Assembly: GCF_048593235.1 (NCBI RefSeq)
Contig: NC_133617.1
Span: 488,788,958-488,852,957, forward strand
Direction: 5' to 3'
Source of the DNA: Sminthopsis crassicaudata
Lineage: Eukaryota
DNA length: 64,000 nt
Shown one piece after another: positions 38,425-64,000 of the stretch. Position 1 is the first letter of the stretch. Each line of letters begins with the position of its first letter. The position numbers and the translations under genes are program-made. The notes below the pieces were generated by a model, which saw only the letters and a list, made by a program, of their open reading frames with translations, did not search any database and was not told where the DNA came from.

Positions 38425-41400
38425 TCTTGGGCACCAATGGTGAGGACGTCCGGGGGTGGGAGGGGGAGACAGGGAGGAGCCTTGAGGGACCAGTGGAGAG
38501 AGACGAAGAGGCGAGACCAGAATCGGCCCGGTTCCGTCCTCGGTCCTGCCCCGGGCCGCATCTCTCTCCTTCTTAGGATCCAGACGTCCTGGTCCCAACC
38601 CCCGGCGTCCCCGGCACCCCGTCCTCGCTCTGCGGGGCAAGGGAGGGTGGGAGGGGGAGGGGCAGAGGATGAGAGCAACTCTAGAAAGCCACGGGAGAAA
38701 CGGAGGAGGGGCAAGGGCTCATGTCAGCGAACACGGCTACATCACGCGGGACGCCAGCGACACGGAAACACACGCCGACGCACACGGCTGCACAGCGGGG
38801 AGGGAGGCGGGAGGGCCCGGGGCGTCCATCCATCATGTCCTTCGGTGCGGGTCAGGCTGGAGAAGGGCTGGGGAGGCCGAGGGGAGGGGCGGGGGATGCA
38901 TAGACACGTAGTGTTCGCGCCTGGGGCGCGTCGGGAGCGTGTGCGGAGACCCACGGGCACATGGGACGTACACACAGTGTGCTTAGTGAGAGGCGGGCTG
39001 TGGGGGCGGGGGGAGGCGCCGGGCCAGCCTGAACCCGTGGGGACATGGGGACAGAGCCGGAGCGCTTCGGGCTCAGGAGACCCCCGCCCTGAGCCACTGG
39101 CCAGCTGTGCACACCTTTCCACTTACATGCAAACATCTGCACCCAGACAAGACACCGGAACACAGGCACAAGCAGCATAGCGGAGGGACACATGCGTCTG
39201 GCGGCTCGCGGCTCTCCCACTCCCCAGAGCCGGGGCGGAAGAATGCGGTGGGATGGGTGGGCCGTGGCCCCCCAGAACACAGAAAGAGCCAAATGCGCTC
39301 TCGGAGGTTCTTAGGGAAACGGGGAGTGGGAGACGGGCACAAACTGGCAGACACGGGATGGGCGTGTGGGCACAGCACAGGGTGAGGTGATGCTGTCTGA
39401 ACGCAGAACAGGCAAGCAAATGTGTGTGAAAAATCACAATGTCAGGATCGGAAAAGCATCTAGTCTATCACTGTCATTTTTAGGGGAGGAAGCTGAAGCC
39501 CAGAGGGAGAGAGGAAGAATTATCCCCCAAATCACCCCTGAGGGGACAGAGCAGAGACTAGGACCCAGCTTTCCTGAATGTTCATCCCAGGATTCTTTCC
39601 ATCCACTGAGACTCCTCTCCGTACTTTTAATGTATGTGCACATGTGCACGTGGTGGGGAGTGGTCTGTCTGCTTTTGCATTAACTGGCCTTTATCCTAGG
39701 CTGGTCTGGGCTTCCTGTCTGAGGACTCTAGCAGGGGCTGAGGGAATGGGGCCGTGAGAGAGAGCCCGGGCCTGGAAGGGTGAAGGATGGGAGGGATGAG
39801 TGGCTCCCTGCTAGAAAAGGGTTCGGGTTATTAGGTTTTCACAAAGGCTTCAACCAAAGGGAATAGAAAAAGTCAGGAGTGGGAGGAAAGGATCTCAAAA
39901 AGCAAATACTTTCTGTTCTGAGAAGTCTGCTTGCCTTTTCCTGGAAGCAGAGAGGCCTCTGCTGAGGGAGCTGGAGAAGTGACTGGTGGGGCAATCATTC
40001 CGAACAGCCACTGCCCGATCTGACCACGGGCTGCCCAGGTGTGAGGCAGGTTGTGGGACGTGGCAAGTTCACGTACGTGTCAGCTTCACCTAGAGTGCGT
40101 GTTCTCCGTGGGATCAGCTAGATTAACCACCCCCGAGGGCAGACTCACGAAGGCCAGGCATATGCAGGAACATATATATATGAAAATATATATATGTATG
40201 TATGTATGATGGTTAAGGGGCAGGCAGAGAGGGAGGGAGACCGAGGAATTATGTCAGCTGGCTGATGTCAGGGATCCGAGGGAGTGGTGGGGTGTGCATG
40301 TTGGCGGATATCCAACCATGTTGGTGGGTGTGCAAATGAAAATAGACACATATCTGAACGTGGAGATGAGACCTACGGCCTGGGAGAGAGCGTATCCAAC
40401 ATCACTATGTCTGGTGCACGACTCGAGCAGGGGACCAGAGGGGCCCTGGAACCTGTTGCTTGTGTGTTTGTGTGTATTTGTGTGTGTATGTGTGTGTGTG
40501 CATCCTGAGGTACACACTCAACAAAGACATTACTACATACACACATACTGATGCATATATGCACACACACACACAGAGCAGCCCATCCCTGAGAGGGCAG
40601 GTCTCTCCTGGCTGGGGAATTATTTATTGCTACCAAATCGGAGGTCCAACCTGGCCCTCTCCACCCAGGGAGAGGACTGTGGGGCCCCCAAGTGTGGAGA
40701 GCCAGGCTGAACTGTCGTGGGCTCCCAGGCTATGCCGACCTAAACAAGGCCCTGAGTGAAGGCACCCCCATGCTGCCCAGCTGCACCTCGAGGAGGAAGA
40801 GCTGCGCTTCCTGGGCAGCCCCACTTAATTCAGGGAGCAGGGGAGGGAGGGGGAGAAGAGGAAACTCCAACCTTTGTGTGAATCATTCTATGCTCCAGGC
40901 ATGGCCTTAGAACAAAGGCAGTTGATACACAGGGAAATACGGTAGTCCTGATGCAACGGAGACAAATACATAGCAAAATAAAGTAACTAATTAATAGCTT
41001 CATGGCTCAAAAACTAACTATGGAGCTCGAGCGTAGGCTGAGTGCATCTCAGGGCATGTTGAGCTCTGCTGTGGATGGCGGCCAAGGTCCATGTTACTGA
41101 AACACAGAGGGAATAAGTATGGGACACAGTAGTAACAGTTGGACGAAATATGGGTCTTGGGCCTAGGAGACGAAAGCAGCACGCCCTAAAGAGGGCACAG
41201 GAGAAGCTGGGCCTCAGGGACAGAAAGAAATCCTGCTTCCAGGGGCCCCTGCCTTCTTTTAGCTCTGTCAGGCTCCAGGAGCGATGTTGAATGCGCACCC
41301 ATCATCTCCCCAGGCTCTCTCGGATAAATGAGGCGTGTGTGTCTGCATGTTCGTGTACATGCACGTGGGAGCACGTGTGTGTGTTATGCGGCCACCCGGG

Positions 41401-42839
41401 GAGGGCCCTGCCGGCTCTGAGGGGTCAGGGCCTCTGTATGCACCAACATGAAGGCTAGAGGCAGAATCGGTGCAGAGAGCAATCTGGCGGTGGGTGGGCC
41501 AAGGATTCGCAACCTTGGGGCAAAACGCCTGGTTGCACAAGGTTTGCACGACTCTGTATCTGTGCTTGCATCTCTACGTGAACTTGTGCAAACCTGAAGT
41601 GGGAGGAGGAGGGAGAGGAGGAGGAGGAGGAGAGAGGAGAAGGGGGAGGGGAGGGGGAGGAGGGACGATCTCCGGATAAACACAAATGCACACAGACCCA
41701 TACAGGACACACAGCTGTGCTGATCAATATAATGTGTGTAGGTAATACGGAACGGGTTCTATACACACCATGTACGCACATACACACACGCAAATATGGA
41801 TAGATATGTTATAGAAATATATATCTCTGTGCCCACACAAACAGGTGCCACGTACACAGCGCGGTGGGCTCTGCCGGGGGACGCACGACCACACTCCCCA
41901 CACACCTCCGGGAGGTCACCGTGTGGGGGAGCATGCACACGCATGCAGAGGTAACTTATATACATCTAGGAGAGGAATATTTGCGTGCGCGTGTGTGTGT
42001 AGGTGTGTGGGTTCTCCTACCGTTTAAACAAAGACCGGCAATACAACAAAGACAAAAGGTATCTACACACGGGGTGGGTAAACAGAGCGGGAAGGGGTGG
42101 GTACACCTGGCTGGGAGAAGTGTCTCTAGGTACACGCCAGTCACGTTACGTACGCCGCCATGTGTGCAGCGAGCGCACACAGGCCCTGACCCCTGACTGG
42201 CCGGCATCCCGGGAAGGAGCCGCTCACGGGGTCCTCTACGGCTTGGGAGCTTCGGGCCGGCGGGGGAGTGTCCGCACACGGGTGTGAGAGTGAGTGTGAG
42301 AGCCGCCCCGGTCCGCCGGCGCCGCCACAGCCGCGCCCGCCCCCGCCCCTCCTCCTCCTCTCAGAGCCCCTCGGTCTGCACGGGACGCACGCACACGGGA
42401 GGGCGGATGGAGGGATGCGCTCGGCCACCACGCGGACAACAGCTCAGGCAGACACGGGGGCGGGGCGATGGGGGGAGTGGGGGAGTCCAGCGTGCACGCC
42501 CACCTGAGCACACACGCGCCCGCCCTACACATCGCCAGCATGTGGCCCCTGGTGCTAGGCCTGTGTGGGGAGAGGCAGGTGTCGAGGGCTCATGCCTGCT
42601 GTAATCTACATGCGGAGGGGTCCCACCCCGGGGTGGGAAGGGAATTGTTCGGGTCCGCATTGTGGGGAGGGGAGGGGAGGGGCTGCCTGGATCCAATCTC
42701 AGGGGCTGAGGCTGGAGTGGAAGAAGGGAGAGGGCTGGGGGAAGCCGGGGGGTGGAGGAATGGATGGACCGGGGGAGGGGTATTGCTCCCATTCTGATGA
42801 GAGGGTCTGGGGGAGATGAGGGGAAGGTGAGGGGAAGGT
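38000..42839 (-). other. STX1B: STX1B long 3'UTR (distal end approximate)
   Basis: No interspersed repeats recognised, CpG-retaining sequence between the STX1B stop and the HSD3B7 3' end; no canonical hexamer located, so the end is uncertain. Confidence 0.6.
38393..38421 (+). repeat. Poly-T run of about 29 nt (poly-A on the STX1B strand)
   Basis: Direct reading. Confidence 0.9.
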
Positions 42840-61442
<18,603 letters not shown>

Positions 61443-63394
61443 CTTGCGGCGGCTCCTCCTCCTCCTCGTCTCTCCCTCCTGCCTAAGCTGTGAGGGGGCA
61501 CGGGCCGGGGGCGCAGGGGTTCCCCGGAATCTGGGGACTAGAGGGGTACCTGAGCCACCTGGGTTCCCCAGAAGAAGGGGCAGGGGACCGAGCCTGGTCG
61601 GAACAGGGGTAGGATCAGGGGCCTGGGCCGGGCTCGGCAGTACCAAGGCTGCGGTGGCGATGCGGCTGCGGCAGAGGGATGGAGGGATGCGGGAGAGGAG
61701 GCGCGGGGGAGGGGGGAAGGTGGAGGGGAGGGAGGGGGAAGAACGGGGTGGGGGGAGCAGGAGGCATGCGCAACGCAGGGTCTGGGGGCGCCTGGGGGAT
61801 GTAGTCCTGGGGAAGGGGAGAAAAAGGGAAGGGAGGGGAGGATAGAGAGGGACGAAATAGAGGGAGGGGAAGGAGTGGGTAGGGAAGATTCGTTGTGATG
61901 GAGAGAAGGGAAGGTCAGGACAGACACGCACAAGAGAGACAGGAGCAAAGAGCTAGACACAGAGACAGACTGAGACAGAGATGTAGAGACGGAGAGACAG
62001 AAATAGATATAGGAGCAGAGACAAGAGACAAAGAAAATAAAGGTGATGAAATAGGATTTGGAAAGGGCAGATGGGGAAAACGAAGGGTAGGGTAATAGAG
62101 AGGTTAATATGTCAACATGCCTTTTACATATACATATATATCTACATCAGTACATGGTTTAAATTTTGTTTGTTTTGCTAGTGTACCTGTGTATTTCTCT
62201 ATGACTGTATTTGTATACATGCTCATGTGTGTGCGCAAACTTTGGAAAATAAAAATAATGTGTCTTTTCATTGTGATACCAGACATAGAGGGGCAAGTTC
62301 TAGACTGCAGAATCCCTGGTGCAGCCTGAAGCCTAGACACCTGCAGACTCATACTGCCCTCCCCCCACTTCCAACAACTTCTACCCCACCACCATCCCCC
62401 AATAACAGATCTCTACTTGTTATTGGTTGACCAATAAGCTTTAATTCACAAATCCCCCAACCCTGCTAGACACATCCTAGCAATACACTGAAGGACAATA
62501 TAGACATGACTTCATAAATACAGTTTGTATTTTTAAATTATCAGATAATCAGAGGAACAATTAGACACACCCTCACACCTTGACTCAAATGGAAAGACAC
62601 TCTGGCACATACACAAATCTGGATGGGTACAACTATGTAAAGACACCCAGAGCCACAGGAGGGATGGGTACCCAGGATATTGTGACAAAATCCAAATTTA
62701 AAGAATGCTGGTTCTGGAGGGCATCCTTCAGTAGCTAGAATTAACAGTTTCATAATTGATTAACAATAGAGGCAATGTTGTGCAGTGGATAGAAAATTAG
62801 TCTCTGAGCCAGGAAGATTACTGTTTTAGTCTAGCCTCTGACAAATACTGGTTTTGTGACCCTGAATATTCCCCTACTTTTCAGGACTCTTGGCAGCCCT
62901 CAGAAATTATAATTTGTAAAGAAAGTGTCATGGTATAGCCCGATTTTCACCCTTTTTCTATTAAGGGGAAAAAAAAGCTGGATTTTTAGTGCCTAGGGTA
63001 AAAGAGAGGAGAATATGGGTACCTGAATCCTGAGAAGGAATGGCAAAATCAAAGCAATAAAGGACCAAGGAAGAGTTTTAGATCAGAGCATTCATTTTAA
63101 AGATCACTGTTAAATCAACTCTTTTTTAGAACTCAATCCCTTGCCCTTACATCTGTCATTGCTACTATCATTAGTATTCCCATCATTTCTTATTCCTTTT
63201 TCTCCGTCATTCTCTACACTCAACCGGAACTAAATGATGTCAACCTTACCTCCACAATAATTTTCTAGAATATTGCATGACTCTAGGCTCTCAAAATCTC
63301 TTCCTTGGACTGGGATGAGAATGACCTAGCATTCAAAAGATCTGTGTAATCTGGGCTCTATCTCTTTTTCTATACCTATGTTATCTCCCTCTGC

Positions 63395-63640
63395 TCACAG
63401 GTGGCAGAATGGATAGAATGCCTAGTCTGGAGTTAGGAAGACTCATCTTCCTGAGTGCAAATCCATCCTTAGATACCTACTAACTGTGTGATTATAGACA
63501 AGTCAATTAACCCTGTTTACTTCAGTTTCCTCATCTGTAAATGATCTGGAGAGGGAAGTGGCTGATAATTCCAATGTCTTTGCCAAGAAAATCTCAAATC
63601 AAGTCAGAATCAGATATGACTGTAAATGACTGAAGAACAA
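63395..63640 (+). mobile_element. MAR1-like marsupial CORE-SINE, near full length
   Basis: tRNA-like head gtggcagaatggatag, CORE cagtttcctcatctgtaa, tail tctttgccaagaaaa...aaatgactgaagaacaa. Confidence 0.8.
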
Positions 63641-63948
63641 TCAGAGAGGTATCCACATTGTCTCCTTCTTATTATCATGACAGACTCATTTCTGTAAAGC
63701 CACCGTTCCATTCCTCTCTCCCAGATAAATTCTATCTATCTTTTTTAAAGATCCATCAAATCTTTGCTTTTCCAAGAACCCTTCCCTACTCACTCTAGAT
63801 CAGCATGAATTCTCCCTTCTCAGAGTGCCTGATGCATAGAAGGCACTTAGTGAATTTTGACTTAGCTTTAATTATAGGAATTGTAGTCTGTTCTGCTCAT
63901 TTGAAATGTAATCTATTTGAGTTATTATTATATTACCATGGCCCAAAG

Positions 63949-64000
<52 letters not shown>
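63949..64000 (+). repeat. (TGA)n microsatellite of at least 17 units, running off the window end
   Basis: Direct reading. Confidence 0.95.

Noticed and set aside
38086-39180. 364-aa + strand ORF
   Set aside because: It lies in GC-rich sequence antisense to the STX1B 3'UTR, has a non-ATG start, includes poly-Phe from the poly-T run, shows no recognisable domain, and all frames here are stop-poor.
42420-42445. ccaccacgcggacaac as a possible RE1/NRSE site
   Set aside because: The left half-site TTCAGCACC and the spacing do not match; I found no convincing RE1 by eye in STX1B.
62925-63080. Segment starting TGTCATGG with a downstream AATAAA, suggestive of a solo LTR
   Set aside because: No terminal CA or target-site duplication identified and no family recognised.

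Overview
Marsupial genomic DNA (CORE-SINE/MAR1-type SINEs and marsupial-type L1) with the same gene order as human 16p11.2. On the + strand: the last four coding exons of FBXL19, complete ORAI3 (2 coding exons, 315 aa), complete SETD1A (CpG-island promoter, non-coding exon 1, 18 coding exons, 1699 aa) and complete HSD3B7 (6 coding exons, 382 aa). On the - strand: complete STX1B (10 exons, 288 aa). I traced all exon boundaries by hand and each complete CDS sums to an exact number of codons. No prokaryote-style novel system is present. The most interesting signals are regulatory: (1) an AT-AC minor (U12) intron in SETD1A just before the WIN/SET exons, whose whole length is an open reading frame in phase with the upstream exon; (2) two very long AG-free pyrimidine tracts (665 and 513 nt) in STX1B introns 9 and 5; (3) a recurring GCAGATTCG motif in the SETD1A promoter; (4) uORFs at SETD1A and HSD3B7; (5) lineage-specific coding changes (expanded ORAI3 loop 3, SETD1B-like features in SETD1A, 31-Ser run, HSD3B7 C-terminal extension); (6) CpG-island-like blocks inside the STX1B 3'UTR. 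Comparisons with human proteins are from memory, not from a run alignment. Repeat boundaries are approximate.
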